A DNA stretch of 64,000 bases from Pyrobaculum sp. (GCA_046293555.1 JBKBOT010000002.1:39608-103607), one strand, 5' to 3'. Positions 1 through 10,184 are shown, counted from the stretch's first letter. Numbers and translations are program-made. The notes: generated by a model not told the origin, from the sequence alone.

Positions 1-313
1 AGACGCCCCTATGTTGTTTGATTCTATATTTACTACTGTAGAACACCTTCCCAAATACGTTGGGGACCTCGTTTCCGGGTATCCCAATGCCGTTATCCTC
101 TGCATATACAGAAACCCAGCTCTTTTGTTCATCCTCGGCGGCGATTTTTAGATATATAGTGGGAAGGATTCCATATGTCTCAGTGGCGTCTAGAGAGTTT
201 TCGGTAAGCTCTCTAATGGTTTGGTATAACGCCCTTGTGGAGTTGTGAAAGCCTGCAAGCTCTCTATTACGTCTAAACCATTCGGCAACAGGTAAGGCCT
301 CGTATGTGTACAT
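1..313 (-). CDS. top6B: DNA topoisomerase VI subunit B, 5' part (runs off the left edge)
   Basis: Manual translation from ATG at 313: MYTYEALPVAEWFRRNRELAGFHNSTRALYQTIRELTENSLDATE...EDNGIGIP...FGKVFYSSKY; GHKL ENxLDA and DNGxG motifs. Confidence 0.95.
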   Translation of the reverse strand, partial: MYTYEALPVAEWFRRNRELAGFHNSTRALYQTIRELTENSLDATETYGILPTIYLKIAAEDEQKSWVSVYAEDNGIGIPGNEVPNVFGKVFYSSKYRIKQHRGV

Positions 314-336
314 GGAATACCCGTCGGTGGGCCGGG

Positions 337-1218
337 TTAAATGTTTTTAACGCAGTTAGCAATTTCCACAATTTTTGTGGCTACATCTATGGCGTCAAGA
401 CCGACGACGTATGCATTTGGCTCAATCCCCTTCCCGCCTCTGTCGTAAACTACGTCGTATATCTCTCTTTGAAACGCCTTGGCCACGTTGTTTATTATAT
501 CTTCCTCACTGTCGCTAGGCCCCACCTCTATGGCTGCCATCTTTTTCTCTACGCAAGAGAAGGCCACATAAGCCACGTTGGCCACAGCCTTGACGCTAGG
601 CCACATCTTGTATATCTCGTCGAGAAGTCTTGCCAGAAACCGAGACGCGCCAACTCTTGGCTTGCCTCTAGCAACTAACTGCGTGCCTTCTGTATAGATC
701 CTCCCGGGGAAGCCCACGTGGCCCTCTGGCCCAAGCTCAACTATGTTCATGAGCACTTTCGGCACGAGTTTGTGGCAGTTTTCACAATTCCTTAATATCT
801 CGAAGGCGACTTCTAGCTTTCTGACGGTCTCTGTATAGATGTATATGTCTTTACAGATCTCACAAGTTTGAAGGGCTGGATAAGACGACCTGTGGAGTTG
901 ACATAACTTAAGAGATGTGAGGAGAGTCATGGAGTAATTATTGATATAGCGTAGCGTCTCTACAATCGACATATCTACTAGCGCCAGTGCCGATCTGACA
1001 AGACTTTGGAGCTGCCGCCTGTCTATTATCCTGAGGAGTTTTTCCTCATAGTGGCTCTTTGGGTTTTTTAGATACATACTCACGGCGGGTTGTGAAATGC
1101 CTAATATCTGGCCGATCCGGCTTTGGGAGTACCCCCTTTCAGCCAGCTCGTGAGCAATCACGCCTTTTAACGGGCTTACGAACACCTCTACGACGTATTC
1201 AATTGGCAACACAGACAT
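337..1218 (-). CDS. HTH + ThiN (thiamine-phosphate synthase-like) domain protein, ThiR-like regulator
   Basis: N-terminal HTH (YSQSRIGQILGISQPAVSMYL), CxxH..CxxC, C-terminal LVPKVLMNI, FPGRI, GASRFLAR, DRGGKGIEP; start moved to ATG 1218 to avoid overlap with the divergent gene. Confidence 0.75.
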   Translation of the reverse strand: MSVLPIEYVVEVFVSPLKGVIAHELAERGYSQSRIGQILGISQPAVSMYLKNPKSHYEEKLLRIIDRRQLQSLVRSALALVDMSIVETLRYINNYSMTLLTSLKLCQLHRSSYPALQTCEICKDIYIYTETVRKLEVAFEILRNCENCHKLVPKVLMNIVELGPEGHVGFPGRIYTEGTQLVARGKPRVGASRFLARLLDEIYKMWPSVKAVANVAYVAFSCVEKKMAAIEVGPSDSEEDIINNVAKAFQREIYDVVYDRGGKGIEPNAYVVGLDAIDVATKIVEIANCVKNI

Positions 1219-1252
1219 CACATTTTTTAAAATAAATAGAGTTTTAGGGGCG

Positions 1253-2167
1253 ATGGTAGAACGTGTAGAGGTGGGTATTGCCCACAAGCAGGCCTCTGTG
1301 TATTTAACAAACCTAACTTTCGTCACGGGGGTGGGCAAATCCACATTTCTCGAAATACTCTACAGCGTGTTCTCTAGTGTCGGAAAAAAAATTCCAAATG
1401 TGGGAAAGATGTGGCGTATCTCCATAGAGGATAAAGACATCTCTTACGGCATCCAGGTGGACACACGGCGTGTTAGACAAAACGTGAAGGTTAAGGGAGA
1501 GGAGATCATATTTGAATATATACCACACAAGTCTTTACATAAATTGATAAAGCCAATAGATTTAGGTATAGTCAATGCCGACGTCATAATACCTGAGGTC
1601 CGCACCAAAGAACATGTGTCTATAATCGCGGAGGAGGATTTAGAGCATCTAAATAACCTCCTGAATGAGGCCAGACGGCGTTTAGACATACGTGTTAAAA
1701 TACTTGGGCCATACCTGAGCCCACGTTCTCTAGTAGACTCCACGACAAGACATGTCCTAGATAGACATGGCCGTAATCTCACCGGCGTGTTGGCCTACCT
1801 CTCGCTCTATAAGCCCACCGCATATGACTCAATTAAAACACAGCTGAGAAAACTGGGCTTCAGCCTCTCTGTCGGCTTGGCGAGGCCAGGCAAGATAGGG
1901 GCCTTTCTTATAACCAAGTCAACAAAGCTACCTCTCTCAAAAGCCCCATGTTCCATAAAGTCGTTTTTGGCTATATCTACAGCTCTCGAGTTAAGGCCAG
2001 ACCTCCTGATAGTTGACAACTTTGATTTCTGTCTCACGAGACAGGTAGCTGAAGTCTTGTCCTCAGCTATTAGACAAAAAGATGTTAAGATACTTGCCGA
2101 GCTACATAACCAAGATTTTGCAGATTGGATTGATGTAAGTAAAACAGTAGTAGAGGTAAAGCTTTAG
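1253..2167 (+). CDS. Uncharacterised ABC/AAA_21-like P-loop ATPase
   Basis: Walker A-like TGVGKST near the N-terminus, Walker B-like LLIVDNFD, H-loop-like AELHN; no recognisable LSGG signature. Confidence 0.6.
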   Translation: MVERVEVGIAHKQASVYLTNLTFVTGVGKSTFLEILYSVFSSVGKKIPNVGKMWRISIEDKDISYGIQVDTRRVRQNVKVKGEEIIFEYIPHKSLHKLIKPIDLGIVNADVIIPEVRTKEHVSIIAEEDLEHLNNLLNEARRRLDIRVKILGPYLSPRSLVDSTTRHVLDRHGRNLTGVLAYLSLYKPTAYDSIKTQLRKLGFSLSVGLARPGKIGAFLITKSTKLPLSKAPCSIKSFLAISTALELRPDLLIVDNFDFCLTRQVAEVLSSAIRQKDVKILAELHNQDFADWIDVSKTVVEVKL

Positions 2168-2178
2168 GTATATGTATA

Positions 2179-2406
2179 CTACACGTATACAACCTCTTTC
2201 AGCTCTTTAACAAGTTTTACAACCTCTTTCAGCTCCTCTATCTCGCGGTTAGCTAGACGTTCAGCCTCTGTTAACACCTCGAGAGAGGGTCCGCCTACCT
2301 CAAATTCATAAATTATGTAGTTTACTATAGATCTGGCCCCCAAGCTCTCTAGCCCAGTGGCGAAATCTTTTAGCTTTTTTACCACATCTTCAGGAAGTCT
2401 CTCCAT
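2179..2406 (-). CDS. Small helical hypothetical protein
   Basis: 75-aa ORF tightly downstream of 2412..2822 with protein-like composition. Confidence 0.6.
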   Translation of the reverse strand: MERLPEDVVKKLKDFATGLESLGARSIVNYIIYEFEVGGPSLEVLTEAERLANREIEELKEVVKLVKELKEVVYV

Positions 2407-2411
2407 ATGTC

Positions 2412-2822
2412 TCAGTGATATTTTTGTTTTAAAGAACTTAAGAGCTGCCTCATGTCGTCTACAACTAGAGACCTACTTCTCACCTCTAGAAAGATCACGT
2501 CGTCGCCACGTGAGACTCTCAGCAGGCCTCTATATGCATGTTGTTTGTCAAACTTCACATATAGCCTATTTTTCTCGGCGCCAGATAGAAAAAGCGTGAA
2601 CTCCACATCGTCTAGCCTGGAGATAATAGACTTCAGGGCCTCAAAGGCGTCCCAATCCACAAGCTTTATCTCTACTATATGGATGAGGTTTTTGTAATGA
2701 CCCACCGCCGTCTTGACGGCATAACGGCCCTCCACCACGTTTTTCAACGCACGGATTACACGTACTGGATCTTCTGTGGAGTGTATGTAGGCCCTGGCGT
2801 AGAGGAGAGATATTGGAGACAT
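2412..2822 (-). CDS. DUF54-type RNA-binding protein (often exosome-linked)
   Basis: HSTEDxxRVxxA, GHYKNxI, LYVKFDKQxAYxG motifs. Confidence 0.8.
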   Translation of the reverse strand: MSPISLLYARAYIHSTEDPVRVIRALKNVVEGRYAVKTAVGHYKNLIHIVEIKLVDWDAFEALKSIISRLDDVEFTLFLSGAEKNRLYVKFDKQHAYRGLLRVSRGDDVIFLEVRSRSLVVDDMRQLLSSLKQKYH

Positions 2823-2847
2823 ATGTTTTATATGTTGACTTTACTTA

Positions 2848-3102
2848 ATGAGTCTCTATGTCGTACAGACTGGCAACATATCTCTTAGATGCGACATGGA
2901 CTACAGTGCAAGCAAAGAGGTCGCATGTGTGGTGGAAGGTGTAGACAACACATGTGTTGCAGAAGTGGTAAAAAAACTGGAGCTGGGAGACCTCATAAAA
3001 AATGTAAATAATCACATCTACATATCTACATCTATATTCACAATAGGTAAGACCCCCGGCGAGGTTATAAAGGAGATAGTTACCTTACTCCGGTTTTGTT
3101 AG
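2848..3102 (+). CDS. Hypothetical protein
   Basis: 84-aa ORF filling the gap; TATA-like TTTATA shortly upstream. Confidence 0.55.
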   Translation: MSLYVVQTGNISLRCDMDYSASKEVACVVEGVDNTCVAEVVKKLELGDLIKNVNNHIYISTSIFTIGKTPGEVIKEIVTLLRFC

Positions 3103-3839
3103 CCCCTTTTTGACGCCCCAAATTTTGCCAAAAGCTGATCCACCTCTTCTGGCGATAGTTTTTTCATTTTCTTCTCGTCTATAGAGGCATAGGCAATTTC
3201 GATATTTGTGCTATCTACATCTACCGCAGAGGCTAGGGCTTTTACAGTTAGCTCGATACATCCATCCATCTCTAGGTCATGTCTATAGCTTTTCTCTAGA
3301 AACTCCATTATTGTGCCAGACTCCGCGCCTATTGCCGTGGCGTAATAGCCTATGTAGACACCAGAAGGGTCTGTCTGGAAGAGCCGCATGCCGTGTCTAT
3401 CAATTCCGGCTATAAGTAGCGCCACCCCAAAGGGTCTGGCTCCGCCGAATTGTGTATATTGCTGCTTTAAATTACAGACAGCCTTTGTTAAGAACTCTAC
3501 GTCTATCGGCTCGTCGTAGATAAACCTGTGGCTTAACGCCACATCTCTGGCGTAGTCAATTAGAATTCTTGCGTCTGCCAGAAGGCCCGAGGGAGATACC
3601 GCAGCGTGTTCATCCACTAGATATATCTTTTCTAGAGAGGTTGGGTCAAATAGCGCCGATATTTTTCTTTTCTCAGCCGCAAGCACCACGCCGCTTTTAC
3701 ATTTAACCCCCACCGTGGGCCAACCCCTTTTGACGGCCTCCCCGGCGTATTCCACCTGATAGATCTTACCCTCTGGCGAGAATATAGTTATGGCTCTGTC
3801 ATAGCCTGCCATAGCGGGGGGAAACATAGCTACTGCCAA
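3099..3839 (-). CDS. psmA: 20S proteasome alpha subunit
   Basis: YDRAITIFSPEGKIYQVEYA, RPFGVALL, TDPSG. Confidence 0.97.
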   Translation of the reverse strand: MAVAMFPPAMAGYDRAITIFSPEGKIYQVEYAGEAVKRGWPTVGVKCKSGVVLAAEKRKISALFDPTSLEKIYLVDEHAAVSPSGLLADARILIDYARDVALSHRFIYDEPIDVEFLTKAVCNLKQQYTQFGGARPFGVALLIAGIDRHGMRLFQTDPSGVYIGYYATAIGAESGTIMEFLEKSYRHDLEMDGCIELTVKALASAVDVDSTNIEIAYASIDEKKMKKLSPEEVDQLLAKFGASKRG

Positions 3840-3900
3840 GTCACGTCTTTAAATATATTCTCACCCAAAAAAGGTTATATCTCAACTTGTCTCCAACGAC

Positions 3901-5004
3901 GTGAGTAACCGTACGCAATATCTCAAAAGGCTAGAGAGGTGGGGCGGAGAGGTGGCCAAATCTATACTAGAACTTAAAGAGCCTGTGATGGAGATACCTG
4001 CACGTACTGCAAATAACATCATTTGGGACGAGAAGGCAAAAATACTTAGGTTAGGCAAAGAGAAGATGTACAGGAGGTTTCTCGACGTCAAGGAGGCCCG
4101 TAAGTTCATGCAGACAGTCTTAATGCTCCGCCTCATAGTAGAGGCAGTTAGGGAAGATGTATATCCAACTATACGTGACCTGTATTATAACGGGAAACAC
4201 ACCACGTTTTTTAAAGACCCCCTCGGGAAAGTACATAAGGAAAACACTTGGGATGAACAGACGGAATCTAACGCAGTTATTGAGGACATCGAGGTGGCAA
4301 CTTCCGTCTTGAGAGAAGAAATAGGCATTTCTGCAGACGTAAAGGGCAAAGTCGTTGGGCCGATTGTGGTGAGGTCTCAGGGATATGAGCTAGATGCCAG
4401 CAGGTTTGGAGAAACCGCCCTAAGCCTACCTGTAAATGTGGACACACTAGAGATAGTCAAGGTGGAGGCAGCTTACGTGCTTGTAGTTGAGAAAGACGCA
4501 ATTTTTCAACGCCTTGTAAGAGAGAAGTTCTGGAGTCAGGAAAACGCCATCTTAGTTACAGCTAAGGGCATGCCCGACAGGGCGACGAGACGGTTTGTGA
4601 GAAGACTTAGCGACGAATATAAACTGCCAGTCTATGTGCTAACTGATGGAGACCCCTACGGGTGGTATATCTACTCTGTATATAAGTCGGGTTCTATAAA
4701 GTTGAGTTATGAAAGCGAGAGGCTCGCCACGCCAGAAGCCAAATTCCTTGGGCTCACCGCGACAGATATAGATACATACAAGATCTCGGACAACTACGTA
4801 ATTGCGGCCAATGAGCGCGACGTAAAAAGGGCACAGGAACTTCTGAGGTATCAGTGGTTTCAAAAATCTGAGTGGCTACATGAGATAAACCTATTTCTAA
4901 AAAAGAAGAAGAAAGTAGAGATTGAGGCTCTCTCCACACATGGGTTTAAGTTCCTACATGACTACATTAAAGACAAGATCCGGAAGGGGAAGTTTATAGA
5001 CTAA
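3901..5004 (+). CDS. top6A: DNA topoisomerase VI subunit A
   Basis: TIRDLYY (catalytic Tyr), VVEKDA, KGMPD, TDGDPYG Toprim motifs. Confidence 0.96.
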   Translation: MSNRTQYLKRLERWGGEVAKSILELKEPVMEIPARTANNIIWDEKAKILRLGKEKMYRRFLDVKEARKFMQTVLMLRLIVEAVREDVYPTIRDLYYNGKHTTFFKDPLGKVHKENTWDEQTESNAVIEDIEVATSVLREEIGISADVKGKVVGPIVVRSQGYELDASRFGETALSLPVNVDTLEIVKVEAAYVLVVEKDAIFQRLVREKFWSQENAILVTAKGMPDRATRRFVRRLSDEYKLPVYVLTDGDPYGWYIYSVYKSGSIKLSYESERLATPEAKFLGLTATDIDTYKISDNYVIAANERDVKRAQELLRYQWFQKSEWLHEINLFLKKKKKVEIEALSTHGFKFLHDYIKDKIRKGKFID

Positions 5005-5069
5005 ATATAGCGCCGCCTCACTTTTAGCTCTCAAAAATATATTTATATATGTTATCTATTTAGATATAT

Positions 5070-6065
5070 ATGAGAGGCGAGGTTAGAAGAGTTCAGCTAA
5101 CTGGCGGCGCCACTCTTATCGTAAGTCTCCCCAAGGAGTGGGCTAAGAGAATCTCGCTTTCGCCAGGCGACGAGGTTATTGTGACAACTCAGCCAGACGA
5201 CACACTTGTATTAATTCCTAAAAGACTCGGGCGTGGGACAGGGGTAATTGCAGAACTCGCCATAACCAAGCCTGTAGATGTGAGAGAAGTGGAGAGGCTC
5301 TTCATGACGTTATACATAGGCGGCGCCGAGACCATCATAGTGAGGTTTTCCCCCACGGCGATAGGGCTCCGACGGCAGATAAAAGACTTCATTAGGAGGA
5401 GAGTAGTAGACATGGAGATTGTAGAAGAGGCGAGCGACAAGCTAATTGTACAGTCTATGATTTCTGCAACAGAGCTAACTGTGGTAGATATAGCGAGCAA
5501 GATGTTACGACTTGTGGAAAACATGCTGGCAGACCTAATGGTGGGGCTGGAGAAAGACGACGTAGTTATGTTAAAAGACGTGATAGAAAGAGATGACGAG
5601 GTAGACAGACTTTATTGGCTGATAGAACGCCAACTTAAACGCGCCGCGATGTCTAGATATATCATGCTAGAGCTAAAAATAGACGACCCCCGAGACCTGG
5701 TGGAATACATAATCATAGCTAAGTCCATCGAGAGGATGGCTGACCACATCTGTAGAATTGCGTATATAAGCCAAGAGGAGAAAATAGACATAAGGATCGT
5801 TATACCAGTTCTGAGAAAAGTTTCAGATTTTTTAAAACAGACAGAAACCATACTGACCGGCGAGGCGGCCCCAAAGAAAGTCGCAGAACTACAAAACGAG
5901 ATCACCTCGTGGAGTCAAAAAACGCGGCGTGAAGAAACCCTGCCAGACCCGGCGACCTCAATAGCAAAAGAAAGCGCCGTGAGAATAGGGGAGTACATTG
6001 GGGATATAGTAGAGGCGCTGGGTAGAATCAAGCTTAAAGACAAGGCGTTAGTCGTCAGCGATTAA
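5070..6065 (+). CDS. phoU: AbrB-PhoU phosphate uptake regulator
   Basis: RRVQLTGGATLIVSLPKEW (AbrB domain), ERDDEVDRLY, IERMADH. Confidence 0.88.
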   Translation: MRGEVRRVQLTGGATLIVSLPKEWAKRISLSPGDEVIVTTQPDDTLVLIPKRLGRGTGVIAELAITKPVDVREVERLFMTLYIGGAETIIVRFSPTAIGLRRQIKDFIRRRVVDMEIVEEASDKLIVQSMISATELTVVDIASKMLRLVENMLADLMVGLEKDDVVMLKDVIERDDEVDRLYWLIERQLKRAAMSRYIMLELKIDDPRDLVEYIIIAKSIERMADHICRIAYISQEEKIDIRIVIPVLRKVSDFLKQTETILTGEAAPKKVAELQNEITSWSQKTRREETLPDPATSIAKESAVRIGEYIGDIVEALGRIKLKDKALVVSD

Positions 6066-6565
6066 CACAAGGCGACAACGACGTAGATATCTTCAAAAAA
6101 GAGATGTAGCTTTACCACTCTTGCCACCCTACAGATGGCTCTAGTCGCCTCTAGGATGAGGTCTATACGCCCCAGGGAGCTAGAGGTAAGTACAAACACG
6201 CGGGGTCTGAAGGCAGAAATCCACCTCAACACCTTTTGTGTCAAACCTACGTCGTAAAGATCTACGTAATGTGGCTCCTCTGGCGGCAGATACGGCAGGT
6301 TTGATACCAACACATCGCCACGTCTAAATGCCGCAGCCCCGTCGCCACACACCACATCGACGTCATGTAGACAGGACTTACACGCCTCTATGTCTACATC
6401 TACGGCAATTACATGTCTACATCTTTCTGCCAGCCTTCTAGCCAGTACGCAAGACCCCGCGCCGACGTCTATACACACGTCCCCACTTAACTCCTTTAAA
6501 GCCTCCAGCATTAGATAGGTGTCTTCAGACGGCGGGTAGATGCCCCCATCGTGTTGACACCTCAC
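6062..6565 (-). CDS. HemK2/PrmC-like SAM methyltransferase
   Basis: IYPPSEDTYL, DVGAGS, NLPYLP, LFFE motifs. Confidence 0.85.
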   Translation of the reverse strand: MRCQHDGGIYPPSEDTYLMLEALKELSGDVCIDVGAGSCVLARRLAERCRHVIAVDVDIEACKSCLHDVDVVCGDGAAAFRRGDVLVSNLPYLPPEEPHYVDLYDVGLTQKVLRWISAFRPRVFVLTSSSLGRIDLILEATRAICRVARVVKLHLFFEDIYVVVALC

Positions 6566-6573
6566 GCCGAGCG

Positions 6574-7377
6574 TTATCGTGAGACTGTTGATGTGGGCAA
6601 AAGGTAGAGCAGGGCGGGGATTACAAAGAAGACCAACAGAGCTCGCACTAACGAGTTCTCGTAGGCAATTCCCACTTCAAACGAATAGACCGTGGCAAAT
6701 ACCGCAGCGGTAAGTAACAACAAGATAAATAAGAGGATTTGGGAGACTGTGACTAGCTCTACCATGTTTGCAACTTGTGTAATTTGTACTAACGTTAGAT
6801 GTATAGTGGGGTATATCACAAGCGGTGTTACCCCTATTGCCGCCTTATGTGGAGCTATTTTAGCTAGGACATACGCCATGGCCAGGATTAAGGCGATAGA
6901 GGTTGTGGATATTATAAATGAGTGAAGTGGACCTATCTTAATGGAGTAGGGGAGATAATACCCCACATAGGCAACTCCTAAGAGAGTTAGGGGCGGGTCG
7001 TGTAGTGACCCTAGTAGCAACGTGACTACCCACGTTGCGATTAATACCGAGGCGACAAAATGTATATATGGAGACACGAGAAGCCATACCACAAACGGCC
7101 GCCCGCCCATTAGTGAGAGAAAATTTAGACTCCTAAAAGGCTCTATGGCGGAAATCACCGAGGCCACTCTCTCCCCAAGTTCGGTGAGATATACCATACT
7201 GTCTTCTCTCTTGACCACGCCGAGGCTTTCTAAAGCTGAGAGCTCGAAGAGTAACGTAGATGGAGAAAGTCTCAACTTGTCACGTATTTTTGTCAAAGTC
7301 AGTGGCCCCTCTTTGTGGAGTAGGAGCACTAGATCTCTCCTCCTGCCTATAGACGCTCCGTATATAGCGCGCTCCAC
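6574..7377 (-). CDS. Winged-helix protein fused to a multi-pass membrane domain
   Basis: N-terminal ArsR-like wHTH (RRDLVLLL...LSPSTLLFELSAL...YLTELG) followed by about 5 hydrophobic segments. Confidence 0.7.
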   Translation of the reverse strand: MERAIYGASIGRRRDLVLLLHKEGPLTLTKIRDKLRLSPSTLLFELSALESLGVVKREDSMVYLTELGERVASVISAIEPFRSLNFLSLMGGRPFVVWLLVSPYIHFVASVLIATWVVTLLLGSLHDPPLTLLGVAYVGYYLPYSIKIGPLHSFIISTTSIALILAMAYVLAKIAPHKAAIGVTPLVIYPTIHLTLVQITQVANMVELVTVSQILLFILLLLTAAVFATVYSFEVGIAYENSLVRALLVFFVIPALLYLLPTSTVSR

Positions 7378-7475
7378 GCATAAGACAAAACACTGCCTTA
7401 TTAACTCTATGGCATCTCTAAGCCGCGTTTTACTGGGGCGAAATTGTTAAAAATCCTTCAAACCATGCGTCTTTC

Positions 7476-7754
7476 ATGGCTACAGAACAGACAATACTGA
7501 TAGGCAAAAAACCAACTACAAACTACGTAATTGCCACAGTAATGGCGTTCAACGCTGGGGTAAAAAAAGTGGTGCTTAAGGCAAGAGGCGCCGCGGTGTC
7601 TAAGGCCGTATCTACGGCGGTGATGGTTAGAGATAGGTTCCTGCCGGGCAAGGTCCAAATTAGAGACGTCAAGTTGTTAAGCGACAGGGTACAGGGGCAG
7701 GGAGGAAGAGAGAGAACAGTAGCAGCCGTCGAGGTGGTACTAGAAATGGCATAA
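7476..7754 (+). CDS. albA: Chromatin protein Alba
   Basis: IGKKPTTNYV, LKARGAAVSKAV. Confidence 0.96.
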   Translation: MATEQTILIGKKPTTNYVIATVMAFNAGVKKVVLKARGAAVSKAVSTAVMVRDRFLPGKVQIRDVKLLSDRVQGQGGRERTVAAVEVVLEMA

Positions 7755-7775
7755 TTTTTCCATGTCTCTTTTTAG

Positions 7776-9047
7776 ATGTCTCTTAGAGATGTCGTAAAGA
7801 CACTCCCCACATTCCAACAGTTTCATCCCCCCTACGGCGAATTTTCTATCGCAAAAATCCTAAAGGAGACTGAGGGAAAAACAACTCCCATATTTATAGA
7901 TGTAAAAAGTGGGTTTACTGGCGTTGGAAATCTGGTAGATATACGGAAAAAGCTGTATTGGTACCTAGATGCAAGTAACGACGTAGAGGCATACACACGG
8001 CTTTTAAGGGCGTTAGAAAGCCCCCTCGCCGTAGAGACTGTCTCCACCTGGAGAGACCTCTATAGAGAGGTGGACTCTCTCTACGAGCTGCCTCTTGTCC
8101 GCTATTATGAGAAAGAGGCGCGGCCATATATAACCTCAGGTGTTTTAATAGGCGTAGGTATAGACGGCGTGGCGAACGCCTCTATACATAGGTTTTCGCC
8201 TATTAGCCACAAGAAGGCCGTGGTGAGACTAGTGCCGAGACATATGTATCAAATATATAGAAGGGGTGTAGAGAGCGGGAAAGAGATACCAGTGGCGTTG
8301 GCGTGGGGTGTACACCCCCTAGTTCTACTCGCAGCCGCATCTTCGCCGCCCTACGGCGTATTTGAACTTGAGGTCGCCTCGCGGCTTTTAGGAGGGCTTA
8401 AGGCCGTAATTTTAGACAACGGCGTGACGGCGCCGTTTTTAGCTTCTGTCATAATAGAGGGCTTTTTGACAAAAGAACAGGCTGAGGAAGGGCCTTTTGT
8501 AGACATTGTCGGCGTCTATGACAGAGTTAGAATGCAGCCAGTAGTTAGAGTGGAGAAGATATATATAGTGAGAGAAGAGGCATATGTACACTACTTACTT
8601 CCAGCCGGTTTAGAACATATGGCCTTGATGGGGTTTGAAAAAGAGGTGAAGATATGGAATGCCGTGAGGTCTACGACGCCGGGGGTAAAAAAGGTGAGGC
8701 TCACCAAAGGCGGCTTCGGCTGGCTGGTCGCCGTGATATCGCTAGAGAAATCCGTAGAGGGCGACGCAAAAAACGCAATTCTGGCAGCTTTTGCCGCACA
8801 TCCAAGCCTAAAGATAGCTATTACGGTAGATAGCGACATAGATCCAGAAGACCCCGTGATGGTAGAGTGGGCTATCGCAACTAGGCTTAGGGCGGATAGG
8901 GGGCTCTTCACAATTCCATATGTGAGAGGGTCCACGTTGGACCCCGTAGCGCTAAACGCCGAGGGTCTTACATACAAGATTGGGATAGATGCCACAAGGC
9001 CTCTAGACGCAGATCCCACATTGTTTGAAAGGGCGAGGATACCATAG
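7776..9047 (+). CDS. UbiD-family decarboxylase, probable anhydromevalonate-phosphate decarboxylase
   Basis: EGPFVD, VDSDIDP, WAIATR, GSTLDP, KIGIDAT; clustered with both AcnX subunits. Confidence 0.85.
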   Translation: MSLRDVVKTLPTFQQFHPPYGEFSIAKILKETEGKTTPIFIDVKSGFTGVGNLVDIRKKLYWYLDASNDVEAYTRLLRALESPLAVETVSTWRDLYREVDSLYELPLVRYYEKEARPYITSGVLIGVGIDGVANASIHRFSPISHKKAVVRLVPRHMYQIYRRGVESGKEIPVALAWGVHPLVLLAAASSPPYGVFELEVASRLLGGLKAVILDNGVTAPFLASVIIEGFLTKEQAEEGPFVDIVGVYDRVRMQPVVRVEKIYIVREEAYVHYLLPAGLEHMALMGFEKEVKIWNAVRSTTPGVKKVRLTKGGFGWLVAVISLEKSVEGDAKNAILAAFAAHPSLKIAITVDSDIDPEDPVMVEWAIATRLRADRGLFTIPYVRGSTLDPVALNAEGLTYKIGIDATRPLDADPTLFERARIP

Positions 9048-9071
9048 TTATTTATACCGCCTAAATATTTC

Positions 9072-10184
9072 GTGGACATACGTGAGGTGATATTTAAGAT
9101 TGCCGACGCCGTGTCTGAAGGAGAGGTTGTGCCCATAGAGACAGCCCACGTGTCTGGAGTCTCTTTCCTCACTATTGGCAGACATGGCGTGGAATTTTTA
9201 GAACACCTGGCGTCACTTGGCCTGAGGGTGTCTGTATTCACCACCTCGAACCCCTCCGCCGTGGATATAGGCAAGCTACTAGATGTCGACAAGACGGCGT
9301 TAGAAGGCCAGGGGAGGATAGACAGAGCGCTCAGGACGTTAGGCGTAAACACTTTCTACCTATGTACTCCCTACGAGTTTGTACTAACCAGAGCTCGGAC
9401 TTTTCACGCCTGGGCTGAGTCCAGCGCCGTGACTTATATAAACACCTTTAGAGACGCCTGGTCAGACAAAAACCCAGGCCCCTTGGCGCTTTTAGGAGCG
9501 ATAGCGGGTTTTGTGCCCCGCACAGCTTTATATACGCTAGAGGGGAGACGCCCCACAGCTCTGGTAAAGGTAGAAACAGGCCCAGTGGACTCGCTTGAGG
9601 CGGGCGTTGTGGGGACCTTAATTGGCGAGAGGCTAGGCACAGGGGTGCCATATGTCAAAGAACTCTCGTTTATAGATGAGGGAAGTAGGAGGGAATTTGT
9701 TGCGGCATTGTCGACATACTCATCTATAGCCTTCGCCGTGGTGGAAAACATTACTCCAAACTGGAAGGAATATGGGAGGCTGCTAGAAGTAGGCGACAAG
9801 ATTAGTATCTCCAGGGGGGATATCGAGGCGTTTTTAAAAGACTCTGGAGAACCGGAGGTGGTATATCTAGGCTGTCCTCTCGCAGATCTAGACACAGTAC
9901 TGTGGATAATTAACGAGGTGAGGAAAAGAGGCCCCGCCAGGAGGCCTATATATGTATCCACGTCGCCCAACGTATATAAGGCAGTCGGAAAGCTTGCAGA
10001 CAAGCTGGCTGAGTTAAATGTGAAAATTTTTGCGGGGTCCTGCCTCGTGGTGTCTCCACACACAAGAAGGTTTAAAGTTTTAGCCACGGACTCCCTCAAG
10101 GCGCTATACTACATACCTAGGCTACATGGGGTCAAGACCATTCCCTGTAGGAGAGAGAGATGTATAGAGCTTGCGTATGCTTAG
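9072..10184 (+). CDS. Aconitase X large subunit, probable phosphomevalonate dehydratase
   Basis: AHVSGVS, TTSNP, CTPY, WAESSA, GCP, CLVVSP, TDSLK. Confidence 0.88.
   Translation: MDIREVIFKIADAVSEGEVVPIETAHVSGVSFLTIGRHGVEFLEHLASLGLRVSVFTTSNPSAVDIGKLLDVDKTALEGQGRIDRALRTLGVNTFYLCTPYEFVLTRARTFHAWAESSAVTYINTFRDAWSDKNPGPLALLGAIAGFVPRTALYTLEGRRPTALVKVETGPVDSLEAGVVGTLIGERLGTGVPYVKELSFIDEGSRREFVAALSTYSSIAFAVVENITPNWKEYGRLLEVGDKISISRGDIEAFLKDSGEPEVVYLGCPLADLDTVLWIINEVRKRGPARRPIYVSTSPNVYKAVGKLADKLAELNVKIFAGSCLVVSPHTRRFKVLATDSLKALYYIPRLHGVKTIPCRRERCIELAYA

Noticed and set aside
5030-5069. ATAT-rich tract upstream of phoU as a Pho-box array
   Set aside because: Cannot be separated from TATA and low-complexity promoter sequence by eye
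8591-10099. Long antisense ORFs (253 and 221 aa) and similar shadow ORFs opposite lhr, ths and the ABC ATPase
   Set aside because: Ser/Thr/Pro-rich antisense shadows of well-supported genes
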